64,000 bases of DNA, from contig NC_042998.1 in NCBI RefSeq assembly GCF_006345805.1, forward strand, positions 33,604,001 through 33,668,000, in the 5' to 3' direction. The stretch is from Octopus sinensis. Lineage: Eukaryota. Position numbers and translations under genes: made by a program. The notes below the pieces were generated by a model that did not search any database, was not told where the DNA came from, and saw only the letters and a program-made list of their open reading frames with translations. Of the stretch, positions 11,074-23,022 are shown one piece after another (within the stretch, counting starts at the first letter, position 1; every line of letters begins with the position of its first letter).

Positions 11074-11148
11074 ATAGAGAGAGTAGGCGTTAATCGTAGG
11101 AAGTCATAATGTGTCGTTTTGGCACTTTGTCGGAATATCGTTTGTTGG

Positions 11149-11304
11149 CTTTCCGCTGAGGTCGACTTTGCCTTTCATCCTTTCGGTGTCGATAAATTAA
11201 GTACCAGTTACGCACTGGGGTCGATGTAATCCACTTAATCCCTATGTCTGTCCTTATTTGTCCCCTCTCTGTTTATCTTCCTGTGGGCATTAAAAAATAA
11301 ATAA
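11149..11304 (+). mobile_element. 5'-truncated type D SINE with TSD
   Basis: Family body GGTCGACTTTGCCTTTCATCC…; TSD CGTTTGTTGG at 11139-11148 and 11305-11314. Confidence 0.8.
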
Positions 11305-11322
11305 CGTTTGTTGGTTCGTGTA

Positions 11323-11568
11323 CAGTGGTCCCTCGACTATCGCGGGTGTTACGTTTCAAAACACCCCGCGATAGGCGAATATCCGCAAAGTAGAAACAAT
11401 ACTGTACTATATTTTTTTTTCTATTTTTATAATTTGTATTTATTTATTTTATTATAAATGCAAAACAACACCATGGAGGAATCGACGTAAACTTAAATAA
11501 TAAACCGCGGTAGGTGAACCGCGGTAGGTGAACCATGATAGGTGAACCGTGATAGGTGAACCGCGATA
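11323..11568 (+). mobile_element. pogo/Tigger-like MITE fragment ending in a 14-bp tandem array
   Basis: TA followed by CAGTGGTCCCTCGACTATCGCGG (Tigger-type end). About five AACCGCGRTAGGTG-type units at 11503-11568; the right TIR is incomplete. Confidence 0.55.
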
Positions 11569-12390
11569 AGTTAAGTTTTTTTCTTTTACATAAGCACAAG
11601 GCCACGAAATTTTGAGGCGGGAAAGGACGCAATGAATTAAATCGATTCCAGCACATGACTAGAATATATTTGTCACCATCGAATTAACATGTTTTCTGAA
11701 GGGGCGGGAGGGGGGCAGAAAAATGATCGAATAGAACAAAATATTCGCTGAGAAAATAAATCATTGATTGATATATTGGTTATATCGGAATGTGTGAGTG
11801 ACAAGCCTGGACATGCTTAAATCTTACATTGGAACTCATCGGAAAAACATAGGCTTCAGCACAGTTGTATTTAGCTGTAGCAATTGTGAAATTACGATGT
11901 ATGTAAGCAAAGTTTGCTTTTTTAGAAGCGTTGAGATGTATTGAAATACACAGATATGGAAATATTTTACTCTCAAACGCGTAAGGATAAAGCTGAATAG
12001 CATAAATAGGACCGAATATCCTTACCTTGCAGAAAAACGCATACATCGTAATTTCACATATAGCGTCTATAAAAGCTATTTTTATAAGTTCAAAAATTGC
12101 AGAAGAACTTGTTAACAGGCAGTTTAGCTTAAAGATAAAGCACTATGACCGGTAATCACAGGGATGTGAGTTCGAGCCTCATGGCTGGCTGCTAACAAAT
12201 TTTACGGGAATATGGTGTTTTATGCTATTCAGCATTATTATTACGCGTTTGAGAGTAAAATATTTCCATATATATATATATATATAATTGTTATTAATCC
12301 AAACAAGTGGAGGAATAGATGAAATGAAATTGGGAATGCACAGAGAATATATTGGAACTAATTAAAATTTAATTATATTTTGAAATATAG

Positions 12391-12477
12391 GAATGCATCT
12401 TGCCAGTTTTGCATTAGATTTTCAAAAGTATATAGCAGATGGAGTCGTGCCGCGAATCATGTCTAAATCTGAAACCG
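12391..12477 (+). other. Possible coding exon (phase 1-1), unassigned
   Basis: AG at 12389-90, GTAAAG at 12478, 87 nt open: GMHLASFALDFQKYIADGVVPRIMSKSET. Non-repetitive, but the protein is not recognised. Confidence 0.25.
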
Positions 12478-12661
12478 GTAAAGTGTATTCTTTTATATGA
12501 AAATATGATTAAATTCTAATATATTTCCTGTGCACTTTCAACTTCATTTCTTTTATACGCTTATGTATATGTACACACACACATATGTATACGAATTTTA
12601 TGCGTAATGAGGTAAAAAAAAAACAAGGCTGTATAGCTATTAGAGCATTTATAGATAGAAG

Positions 12662-12713
12662 GTCTTACAGCTGTTTCTAGGATATTAATTAATAATATCC
12701 CTTCATCGGAGAC
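12662..12713 (-). ncRNA. Minimal type I hammerhead-like motif, CCGAUGA core variant
   Basis: Minus strand: gtct-CCGATGA-agggatatt…aatatccta-GAAA-cagctg-TA-agac. Confidence 0.6.
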
Positions 12714-12857
12714 GGTGTGAGAGGAAAAATTAAGTCATAGTTAGTTTCGATGTGATACAAATAGAGAGTGAGGAATCTGGAACTTAACTATGGTCTGTCT
12801 ATACCACTTATTCAGCATTACCTGACACCTTTGGGTCTCAATGACAGCATTATCGCT

Positions 12858-12908
<51 letters not shown>

Positions 12909-13238
12909 CCGTTAATGCTTCTGTATTTCATGTTTCTGTATTCCATTATTTTTTTTGTTTTTTTATATTCGTCCCTTTTGCTGTCCTGGTGTCCGTATGC
13001 ATTCGATCCTTCTTCCAGGAAATCTACGCTCCCAGCTTAGTTTTTCTAATGCTCGTTGCTTAGTTTTTCTTGGAGGGCTGGCCGTGATCTAGTAATCTCA
13101 AGATTAATCAGCCGAAATTACTACGATGATCCGGTTCTTGACTGAAGACTGAGGGTTTCGAATGTCCTGTCCGTGTTTATTGTATCGTCTTCTTGAGTTA
13201 TACGTTCTTGTCCATGTTGTATTTTTCTACATACCTTA

Positions 13239-13296
<58 letters not shown>

Positions 13297-13488
13297 GGTC
13301 CAAAATTATAGACTGTTTAGGGAACAACAAACCATGTGTATTACTTTGACGCTCAGGAAAATGAAAGTAGTCTTTGACGATTCGAATGTACGCTCTTCTA
13401 ATCAGAAGAGAAAACAGATGGGGAAAGAAGAAACGGAGAGGAAAAAGCAAGTCTGATTAGCGGTTGCACACACATACACACACGTACA

Positions 13489-13533
<45 letters not shown>

Positions 13534-13584
13534 TGTGTGTGTGTGTGTGTGCGCGTGTGTGTGTGTGTGTGCGTGTGTGTGTGT

Positions 13585-13618
<34 letters not shown>

Positions 13619-14057
13619 AATAAAGAACACTGAAATTTGTTTGAGATTTTTAATAAAAAATATTCCTTCTTAACCTTCTGTCTTTGTCCTTCTGACAGAA
13701 AGGGCAAAATAGAATAAGTAGGACAAGAGGGGGTATATGGGACAGGAGTGGGTATATGGGGCAGAGAGTCACTGATGAGGTGACAGAATATGTGATTTTT
13801 TTTTATCAAAATGTTGCCGTTACTACGAACGACAAAACATCGAGATAATTCGAAGTCTATTGTTCTTGGACGAGGTATGATTAGTTGCAGGTGTCAAAAT
13901 GTTAGCTGGTCATTGGATGTTGCTGTCGCCGTTCGTCCATTGCTTTGGTGTTGTCAAAACGCTTTGGTCAGCTGCTGCTTCTGCTACTGTCTTTCGCTGT
14001 CTGCCGTCCGTCGTCTGTTTGTAATGGCTCATATGTGCTGAATATATAACGATGGTC

Positions 14058-14275
14058 GGCGAGCTGGCAGAAACGTTAGCACGCCGGGCGAAATGCGCAG
14101 CCGTAATTCGTCTGCCGCTACATTCTGAGTTCAAATTCCGCCGAGGTCGACTTTGCCTTTCATCCTTTCGGAGTCGATTAAATAAGTACCAGTAAATCAC
14201 TGGGGTCGATCTAATCGACTTAATCCCCTTGTTTGTCCCCTCTATGTTTAGCCCCCTGTGGGCAATAAAGAAATA
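14058..14275 (+). mobile_element. Full-length type D tRNA-headed SINE with 17-bp TSD
   Basis: GGCGAGCTGGCAGAAACGTTAGCAC head; TSD AATATATAACGATGGTC at 14041-14057 and 14276-14292. Confidence 0.92.
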
Positions 14276-14401
14276 AATATATAACGATGGTCTGGCTCGG
14301 AAAAAGCGCACCAGGGAAGAAATTGTTGCTAGATCGGTTTCCACGTCAGATTGTTAATGATGTTATTAATATTCTAGCGAATCACGATCGTGTTCTTGAG
14401 G

Positions 14402-14436
<35 letters not shown>

Positions 14437-15249
14437 ATTGGGTATAGGATTCCAGGCCCGATAGCTAAATAATCTTGCTATATATCTCTCTTTCTTTCTC
14501 TCTCACATAGCCCCCAACACACACACACACAAACACACATATGTGTGTGTTTGTCTTCAACTACAGCTTGACAACCGGTGCTGGTTTGTTTATGTCCCCG
14601 TAACTAATTGGTTGGGCAAAACCAACCGTTAGAATAAGAAGCGGGTTTTTTAAAAAAAAATTTTAAGTACCGAGGTCTGTTCGTTCGACTAAAAATTCTT
14701 GAAGGTGTTGCTCCCACATGGCCGTAGTCCAATGGATGAAACAAGTAAAAGATAAAAGATATCAGATAATATTGCTACAGTTCGATTTCTTGGAGAACCA
14801 AAGTAATTAATTCCACTCAGCAAAGGGGTGAGCGAGTATTTGGGAAATGTAAATCTCACTATTCTCACACACACACACATACACACGCGCACACGCACGC
14901 ACACACACACACACACACATGTACACACACATACACACACATACACACACACACACACATACACAGACACACACCTTTAATCGCTTCGGATAAAATTGAA
15001 TAGCTAAATGATAGCGATATCGCTTCACCGACTTCCGACATCAAATATAGCTTTTTGTTGACTTTTTTTTATATATTTTTATATATTTGTTTTGACAAAC
15101 TTATAATTAGATTAGTGTTGTTGTTGTTGTTGTTGTTGTTTGTTGTCGCAGTTGTTATCGTTTTTGTTGTTGTTCTTGTTGGTTGCCCGTTGGCTGATGT
15201 TCGTTCATGTTTCTCACGAGAAGTCTTTAGGTGATGACGAGTCAGTTGA

Positions 15250-15301
<52 letters not shown>

Positions 15302-15474
15302 ATTCCGAGGTCGGAATGCTGTACTAGGAATAGAGAGCCTGCTAGCATAGTTAGTATTCTAACGAATATAGTTTCTACTGGCAACTATGATTATATCAAA
15401 AAGTAGTTTTTACCTTCCACTTAAAGTGGATGTTGTGTTCGAACACACAATTTTAAGAATATGATAAACATTGG

Positions 15475-16263
15475 TCTCGAACTTTGGTTCAAGGTCAGCA
15501 ATTTCGCGGGGACGGAGTTGGCCGGATACATCGACACCAGTGCTCAGCTGGTGCTTATTTTATCGACCCCCGAAAGGAATGAAAGGCAAAGATGACTACG
15601 ACGGAATTTGAACTCAGAGCGTAAGACAGACGAAATGCCTCGAAGCATTTCGCTCGGTGTGGTAACGATTCTTATTTCTTTATTGCTCACAAGGGGCTAA
15701 ACATAGAGGGTACAAACAAGGGCAGACAAACGGATTAAGTCGATTACATCGATCCCAGTGCGTAACTGGTACTTAATTTATCGACCCCGAAAGGATAAAA
15801 GGCAAAGTCGACCTCTGCGGAATTTGAACTCAGAACGTAACGGCAGACGAAATACCTATTTCTTTACTACCCACAAGGGGCTAAACACAGAGAGGACAAA
15901 CGGATTAAGTCGATTATTTCGACCCTAGTGTGTAACTGGTACTTAATTTATCGACCCCGAAAGGATAGAAGGCAAAATCGACCTCTGCAGAATTTGAACT
16001 CAGAACGTGACGGCAGACGAAATACCTATTTCTATTTCTTTATTACCCACAAGGGGCTAAACACAGAGGGGACAAACAAGGACAGACATAGGTATTAAAT
16101 CGATTACATCGACCCCAGTGCGTAACTGGTACTTAATTTATCGACGCCGAAAGGATGAAAGGCAAAGTCGACCTCGGCGGAATTTGAACTCACAACGTAA
16201 CGGCAGACGAAATACCGCTAAGCATTTCGCCAGGTGTGCTTAACGATTCTGCCAGCCCGCCGT
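15475..16263 (-). mobile_element. Head-to-tail array of type D SINE units
   Basis: Four successive units. Junctions GACGAAATAC|CTATTTC at 15855/6 and 16025/6. Only the last (5'-most in sense) unit keeps the complete head in the young subarray. Confidence 0.85.
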
Positions 16264-16434
16264 CTTCAGTGGAAGACACATATTTACTTTTGGTATTAAT
16301 TCTATCTTTTTCGCTATTAATTGCAATCATAGTGTGTTGGTGGTGGTTGTTATAATGATTTTTTTTTATACAGCAGCAGAGTACATGGTGCCTTGTAAAT
16401 ATGTACTGGTATGGTTAAATGAATCTAAATGTTT

Positions 16435-16648
16435 CCTTCTCAAGCCATGCCAGGGCGTATATGTTCCACACCTATTGGGACGGTGATCTGTCGCAAAATT
16501 CCTCATTTTTGCCAGCTGGGTGGACTGGAGCAACGTGAAAATGAAGTGTTTTGCTCAAGAACACAACGCGTCGCCCGGTCGAAGGATTGAAATCACAATT
16601 TTACGATCATAAGTCCAACACCCTAAGCACTAAGCCAGGCACCTCCAC
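16435..16648 (-). mobile_element. Head B SINE with Meta-like tail (diverged)
   Basis: Reverse complement of the 57981-58229 family. Confidence 0.7.
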
Positions 16649-17060
16649 GAGAGGAATATAATCTTGGTTATAAATCAGGCATCTATCTAGCCTCTCAACA
16701 TGCTAGAATAACAACTAAATCATGCTCAAACCACAACTCATCGCAACAGATAACGCAGTCCGGCGCACTCTGTGCCTGAAAAACATTGACTGTCCTTGAT
16801 CCAGGGTCTCCTCGAACGTAATTGTTCTGGACTAAGCAACAGCAACACAGATAGCAACGATTGTTCCTGAGTGTATTTAGTAATATTTAGGAAGCGCGTG
16901 GGTCAAGTTCTCTCCTTGCCCGCGTGTTTCCTGAATACATTAATACACAAATGTTCAGACCAAGTGGACATCAATGACACTGACATCACAACCTGGGAAA
17001 ACTTGTCAATGACATGCGCGCTGTCCCTTTCATTCCAAGATTATCCCATAGAGACAGTAT

Positions 17061-17605
17061 ATCATCACATCATCATTGTTCGACCGTGGTCGAGACAATG
17101 GAATTTACCATGCTACGCCAGACTTCACGGTCCATCATGGCATTACGGAGGTCCTGTTGCTGGATGCCTGTATCCCTGGAGATTACATCAGGGTAGGAGA
17201 GTGTGCGCCCTCTGGTATTGCGAGTAGATGGCTTCCAGAGGAGAAGAGTAGAAATTACTTCTTTTTCAGCTCTACAACAATGTCCAGCAAACTGGACTCT
17301 CCTACCTTTCACAAGAGATGACACAGGTGGTAGTTTCCCATATATTTGCATTTTGGTTGGATGGCGCTTCCACGAGAGATTTTGAGCTCTCATAAGGAGG
17401 CGAGTGTAGGTCCCATCCAACCGCCTCTCAAGCTTCTTTGATAACGTCCAGGTTTCTGAGCCGTATAGTAGAATTGGTTCGACTGTGGCTTTGAAGATTT
17501 CAAGTTTGAAGTCTCTACTTAGATTTGATGACCAGATCTTATGCATGTCATTACAGGCTGACCAGGCCATGCCCTTTCTAGTTAGAAAGTCTTTTCCAGA
17601 TGTAT
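17061..17605 (-). mobile_element. RTE-clade LINE 3' fragment (5'-truncated)
   Basis: ORF 17073-17570 (AWSACNDMHKIW…KATVEPILLYGSETWTL…RRVQFAGHCCR…MMDREVWR) is the post-RT C-terminal region typical of RTE/RTE-X LINEs. It is followed by a (TGA)-type tail. Confidence 0.85.
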
Positions 17606-17962
17606 ATAGTATTTGCTTTATGTTCGCATCGAGGTGTTGGAGAATGACTTGGTGCAGTACAGGGGTTCTCAGCCATTTTTTTCCTCTGTGAACCCCTTTG
17701 ATTACTATTTTAATCGGGTGGAACCCCTACAAATATTTGACGTCTAAAAACTATTTTTATAGATACTTCTTTCAGAAATCTTATCTTGTTATTCACACAT
17801 TAACTTGTGTGAGTAGAACTGTGTAAAATGTTGGAGAAAAAATCCTAGCTGCTTCTTGCAATAAATACATCACGGGCATATGGCTTAGTAGTTAAGTGCG
17901 CGAGCTACTAACCCCAAGATTCCGAGTTCGATTCCAGGCAGTGACCTATAATAATAATAATA

Positions 17963-18102
17963 TTAGGTTGTCCCAAAAGTTCGTAAACACTTGCGAAAAT
18001 TGAATTTTTACTCGCCAAGTACTAACAAAAACAACAAAAATTATTCCTCAAAATAAAGACCATTATTTTCCAAGACTTTCTACGAACTTTTGGGACAACC
18101 TT

Positions 18103-18103
<1 letters not shown>
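17963..18103 (+). mobile_element. Mariner-type MITE
   Basis: TA flanks; TIR AGGTTGTCCCAAAAGTTCGTA. Inserted in the (AAT)n of the type E SINE. A second copy lies at 47240-47380. Confidence 0.9.
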
Positions 18104-18133
<30 letters not shown>

Positions 18134-18194
18134 CAACAACAACAACATCGAAAAATACCTTAGGATTGAGAACCCAGGTTCAAAATTTCCCCAA

Positions 18195-18240
18195 GACACC
18201 TGATGAAGGCTGGAGGGTATATCAGCCGAAATGTTGTGTT
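18195..18240 (+). ncRNA. Ultra-minimal type I hammerhead motif in the SINE tail
   Basis: gacac-CTGATGA-A-ggctg(10-nt loop)cagcc-GAAA-tg-T-T-gtgtt. Sister copies have cg and ca at the tg position, implying ancestral GAAACGTT. Confidence 0.7.
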
Positions 18241-18523
18241 AACAACAAACAAGATGAGGACAAATATCCGTCAAATGTAAATAATATAAATAATGTAAAT
18301 AGAATACATCTGAATCAAATCTTTTTCATGGACCATTAATATACTACTGTGCGTCCCCAGTTTACTATTTTGCTTGCGTGAATCCCTCAAAATCTTATAT
18401 GAATCCCTGGGGTCAATATAAACTGAGAGCCACTGGTGTCGTGGGTGGACAAAATACGAGAGATGAGAGAAGATGAGTGAATCGAGAGTGCATGAGCGGT
18501 AGTGGCATATGACCAGCTAAATT

Positions 18524-18558
<35 letters not shown>

Positions 18559-18791
18559 GTTTGCGTGTGTGTGTATTCTGTATTTGTCTCCCTCCATCGC
18601 TTGACAACCGGCGTTGGTATGTTTTCGTCCCCGTAAGTTAGCCCGATAGAATAAGTAACAGGCTATAGAAAAAAAGTACTGGGGTCGATTCATTCGACTA
18701 AAAATTCTTCAAGGCGGTGCTCCAGCATGGCCACATTCTAATGACGGAAAAAAAGTAAAAGGTAAAAGATTCTTAACCATCCAAAGCATAG

Positions 18792-18823
<32 letters not shown>

Positions 18824-20235
18824 AGGGGAGTACCCCTCAAAAGTAACGGGGTTCAGTTCGTGTCTGTCAGAAATGTTGATGTTTGCATATGTCTTTCCTG
18901 CAGTGGTCGTCAATATATTAATACAACCGTACAAAGAAGGAAGCCAATGGAATCGATCTCACCAAGCGGGGAGCTACGAAAGCTACGGCCGTTAGACCTT
19001 TCTCCAGACCAAACCAATAAAGCATATTTATAGTGCTTCGAATTTTGACGCTCTAATGATTCTGCCCGTCTAATAGCACACATATTTGGTGTGTGTGTTT
19101 GCGTGTGTGTGTGTGTGTGAAACGTTTGCATTTCTATTTGCTTATTTGGATAGAGAAGATACGAATAAGCGGAGTCGTTAAAGCGTTGGATCAACGCTTT
19201 GACATCTAATAATGCATCGTGGCACGTCTGTTGTTAAATTCAGTATTTAATATCAGCTAAGGTTAACGTTGCCTTTTATCCTTTTAAGATCGATAAATAA
19301 AGCACGAATCCATGGCAGCGATTGGGTAGAATTGTTAGAGGTTCGAATAAGGTGCCTTGCAGGTTCTGTTCCGACTCTCTACCGACCCAAATCAATAACC
19401 TCTCCCTTGGATAAACATGGTAGCGTGGAGAGGGCAGATTGCATGCATGAACAACTGCCCATCCTCTCCAATAGAATCTTGTCTAGATGCGTGGTCACTC
19501 TTGACCGATGGAGACCCTAGATTGCGCAAAAATAGCCGAATGATTTTAAAATGTACTTCGCATTCATGGGGTTTTTGTTTCAATACCACTGTGTAATTAC
19601 CATGGGTTTTAGGCGCGTGGCTTAGCGGTTAGGGTATTCGGCTCGCGATCGTAAGAGCATGAGTTCCATTCTTGGTGGTGCCTTATGTCCTTGAGCAAGA
19701 CACACTATATTTCCTGTTGCTCCAACCCAATCAGCTGACAAAAATGAGTTGTACCAGTAATTCGAAAGGTCACCTTTGTCACATTCTGTGTCATGTTGAA
19801 TCTCCTTGAGAACTACATTAACCCCATGGCAACGGTTTTCTTTATCAGGTTTCTAGGTTGCACTGATGGTAATCATCTCGGCTGAAGTCAGCAATTAGCG
19901 CACGACAACGGTTCGGCTTATATTTACGCCAACCGCTTAAAATCAAGCATTGTTTATTTATGTAGATTGTCATCACCGAGAGGACCGTAAATTCAACGAA
20001 ACTGGCATGGCTGGATGCGACTGTAAATTCCGTGAAGGACCAGAAGAATTTGCTGAACGTGTACGAATTTGATAGGAAATCATAGTGGAAATGGCGGTAT
20101 AACCACCAAAACAGCTGCTTTTATACTATTATGGTGATGAAGTCTTGAACTGAGTTGGAAATATTTACATGAAGAGTCTAAGAAACCTATCAGATTCCTT
20201 GAAATTTGCACGATGGCCTCTATTACATGAGTGAT

Positions 20236-20469
20236 GGCGGATGAGCTGGCAGAAACGTTAGCACGCCGGGCGAAATGCTTAGCGATATTTCGTCTGCCGC
20301 TACGTTCTGGGTTCAAATTCCGCCGAGGTCGACTTTGCCTTTCATCCTTTCGGAGTCGATTAAATAAGTACCAGTTACGCACTGGAGTCGATCTAATCGA
20401 CTTAATCCCTGTGTCTGTCCTTGTTTGTTACCTCTGTGTTTAGCCCCTTGTGGGTAGTAAAGAAATAGG
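20236..20469 (+). mobile_element. Type D SINE
   Basis: Full head-to-tail match to 55822-56054. Confidence 0.88.
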
Positions 20470-21234
20470 ATATTTATATTAGCCGGTACACAAACAAGTA
20501 CAAAACGGCAGGAGATAGGGCTGCATATATTTTCGTTATTTGATTCAAAGCGAGTACAAAGCGCAGGTAAATTTACCACAATCAATGTTATGGGGTTAAG
20601 GGTAAACGTGTTTGCGGAGTACTCAGCCACTTGCACATTAATTTCACGAGAAGGCTGTTCCGTTGAACTGATCAACTGGAACACTCGTCGTCGTAACCGA
20701 CCGAGTACCAGTTTATGTCGACCCAAGCGTTTTGAGTGAAACTGGGTAGACAGAACTCTGCAGAATCCAGTCGGATAGCCTGCACCTGTAATTCCAAGGC
20801 CTTGAAACATTCTGTATCACCCTGATTCTAATGGTACACAGTATCCATGGAATATTCAGAGACTAATTCAATGAGTTTGGAAATTAAGTTGATCGAACGA
20901 CTGGATGCTCGTCGTCGAAACCGACGGAAATCCGTTCAACTTTTACATTTTTATTGCACTTGCGTCTCACTATGTGCGTGTATGTATATATATATATGTA
21001 TATATATATTTATATGTATATGTGTGTGAACCGGTTAGGATTTCATTAAACATTTTTATGTGGGTGCAAAGATAAACGTATAAGTTTGTTCATCAAAAAA
21101 TCGTCCGCCGTCCAATTCACACGTGAGCGTCAGTCTCTCCAGTTCTCATGTGATATGAACTGGAAGAGATTGTGATAGGCAGAGAGGAAAAGAAGACAGA
21201 GAAACACATGAAAAGAGGATATTTTGCTGTTCCC

Positions 21235-21288
<54 letters not shown>

Positions 21289-21446
21289 CCTGTACCCTTT
21301 GCTATTGATGATGTTGGCCCTGACTGACCCCGAATAATTATTTTTTGTTAATTTTTATTTCCTTTTTTTATTAGATTCTTGACAACTCCTTCCTTCCTAC
21401 ATTTCATTTTCGTTCTGTTTCCTACTACTACTACTACTACTACTAT

Positions 21447-21477
<31 letters not shown>

Positions 21478-21644
21478 ACCACTACCACTGCATGAAATAA
21501 CTCACTGGAATTCAAATCTTAAACTATCCTTGTTTTAATGTCACTGCTAGGTCAACAATAGCATCTAACATGTTGACAATCAACCCTGACTGCTGGTTTT
21601 TGCTGCTGTTGCGGTTGTTTCAAAATAGTTTAGGGCCTTTTGAA

Positions 21645-21675
<31 letters not shown>

Positions 21676-21973
21676 CTGTATGTGTGTGTGTGTGCACGAA
21701 TGTGTGAGTGTGTGTGTGTCAGAGACATAATGTGTGTGTGTGTGTGTGTGTGTTAGCAGTAGTTGCCGAGAGGATAAAGGATGGTATTGGACTACCTTAC
21801 TCATGGTTCATAAAATGGAATTTGCTGGTAGCGTTTCCGGGTAGAACGTTTTCACTCGACATTACCCCAGTCGAGCAAACGCAGGAGTCTCTGTGTCACA
21901 TCAACTTCTAAAAATAGCATCGAATCACTCTTAAAACCATCTTTAAGTAAAAGAACACATTGGATAATAAGAA

Positions 21974-22164
21974 CAGCAGTTCTCAATCTTTTTAATATCC
22001 GGACCAGATCCAAAACCGAGATTTCTTTTAGTGGGCCGCACCAAAAACAGTAAAACACAAGTCAAAGAAAAATGTATCATGTTTATACAGGGTAGACTGT
22101 CGGGGGTCGCCGGAAGGATGCTTGCGGCATGCGGAGCCCCGAGAGCCGCAGTTAAAAAGCACTG
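21974..22164. mobile_element. Possible hAT/Charlie-like MITE (old)
   Basis: Ends CAGCAGTTCTCAA… and …TTAAAAAGCACTG with internal GGGCCGCA motifs. No 8-bp TSD is detectable. Confidence 0.4.
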
Positions 22165-22986
22165 TAATATAGTCTTAGATATCTTAGAAAGGTAGCCTGG
22201 TCATAGGTTTACTTACACAGTGAAGGCTGACCAGAGGCTAAAGAATAACAATAAAAGCATTATCTCTGTTCACTTAGTTGCCAGATATTGTGTAGACTGT
22301 CTGACTCGGCGTTCAAACCCTGCTGCTGTCACGTTACCTTTCCTCATTATGGGGTCGATAAAAATACTTATCCAAGATGGTGTGCTGGCGGAATTGTTTG
22401 GAGGGGTCGGACTAGATGCTTTGCATTACCCGCTCTGTTTCCCTACATTCTAATAGCGACCCTTGCAACCAGAGCCGACTTCGGAGCACTATTGGCCCCC
22501 GGGAAGATTAATGCCCTGGGCCCCATAGCTTTATTTCTTGATAGCAAGCCACAGCATACATAGATCAGAATTGGCCTACACCTACGAAGCCCCTAAGTAA
22601 CAGCCCAGTGTGCCCAGCTTTTAAGATGGATATACTGAGCACAGCTTGCAACGGCAGTGGAGAAAGCTGTATCGTCTCGAAGTCAAATGCATTTGGATCT
22701 TTTCCGTTTGGCTGCCAATTTTCAAACAATTTTCAAAGTTCATTGAAAATTTTAAAATTTGGTATATTAATGTAGTTTTCCAAGCTGAATCTCGAGAGAT
22801 GTTTCACTTTTTCCAGAATTTAAAAAAAAAAGTTATAGAGGTTTCGAGGACGCAAACACACTAACATCGGAAGGGGGACAAACGCGGACACAATGACACA
22901 CACACATACGCACGCACGCACACACACACACACACACACATACAAATATATACTTATATATGTATATATATATATATAATATATAT

Positions 22987-23022
<36 letters not shown>

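Larger units (their letters stand above)
17874..18302 (+). mobile_element. Type E SINE: tRNA head, (AAT/AAC)n, hammerhead-bearing tail; interrupted by a MITE
   Basis: Head GGGCATATGGC…GTTCGATTCCAGGCAGTGACC; flanking repeat AATACATC at 17864-71 and 18303-10. Homologous copies at 24416-24707 and 56866-57148. Confidence 0.85.

Noticed and set aside
15671-16263. Regularly spaced repeats resembling a CRISPR-like or satellite array
   Set aside because: The units are ~170-190-bp SINE bodies with no unique spacers, and the context is eukaryotic.
19966-20232. Exon-like segment DCHHREDRKFNETGMAGCDCKFREGPEEFAER after a good AG acceptor
   Set aside because: The donor is weak, and the same frame continues as protein-like text with several stops (…KQLLLYYYGDEVLN*…). 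That fits a decayed transposon ORF better than an exon, but the family could not be identified.
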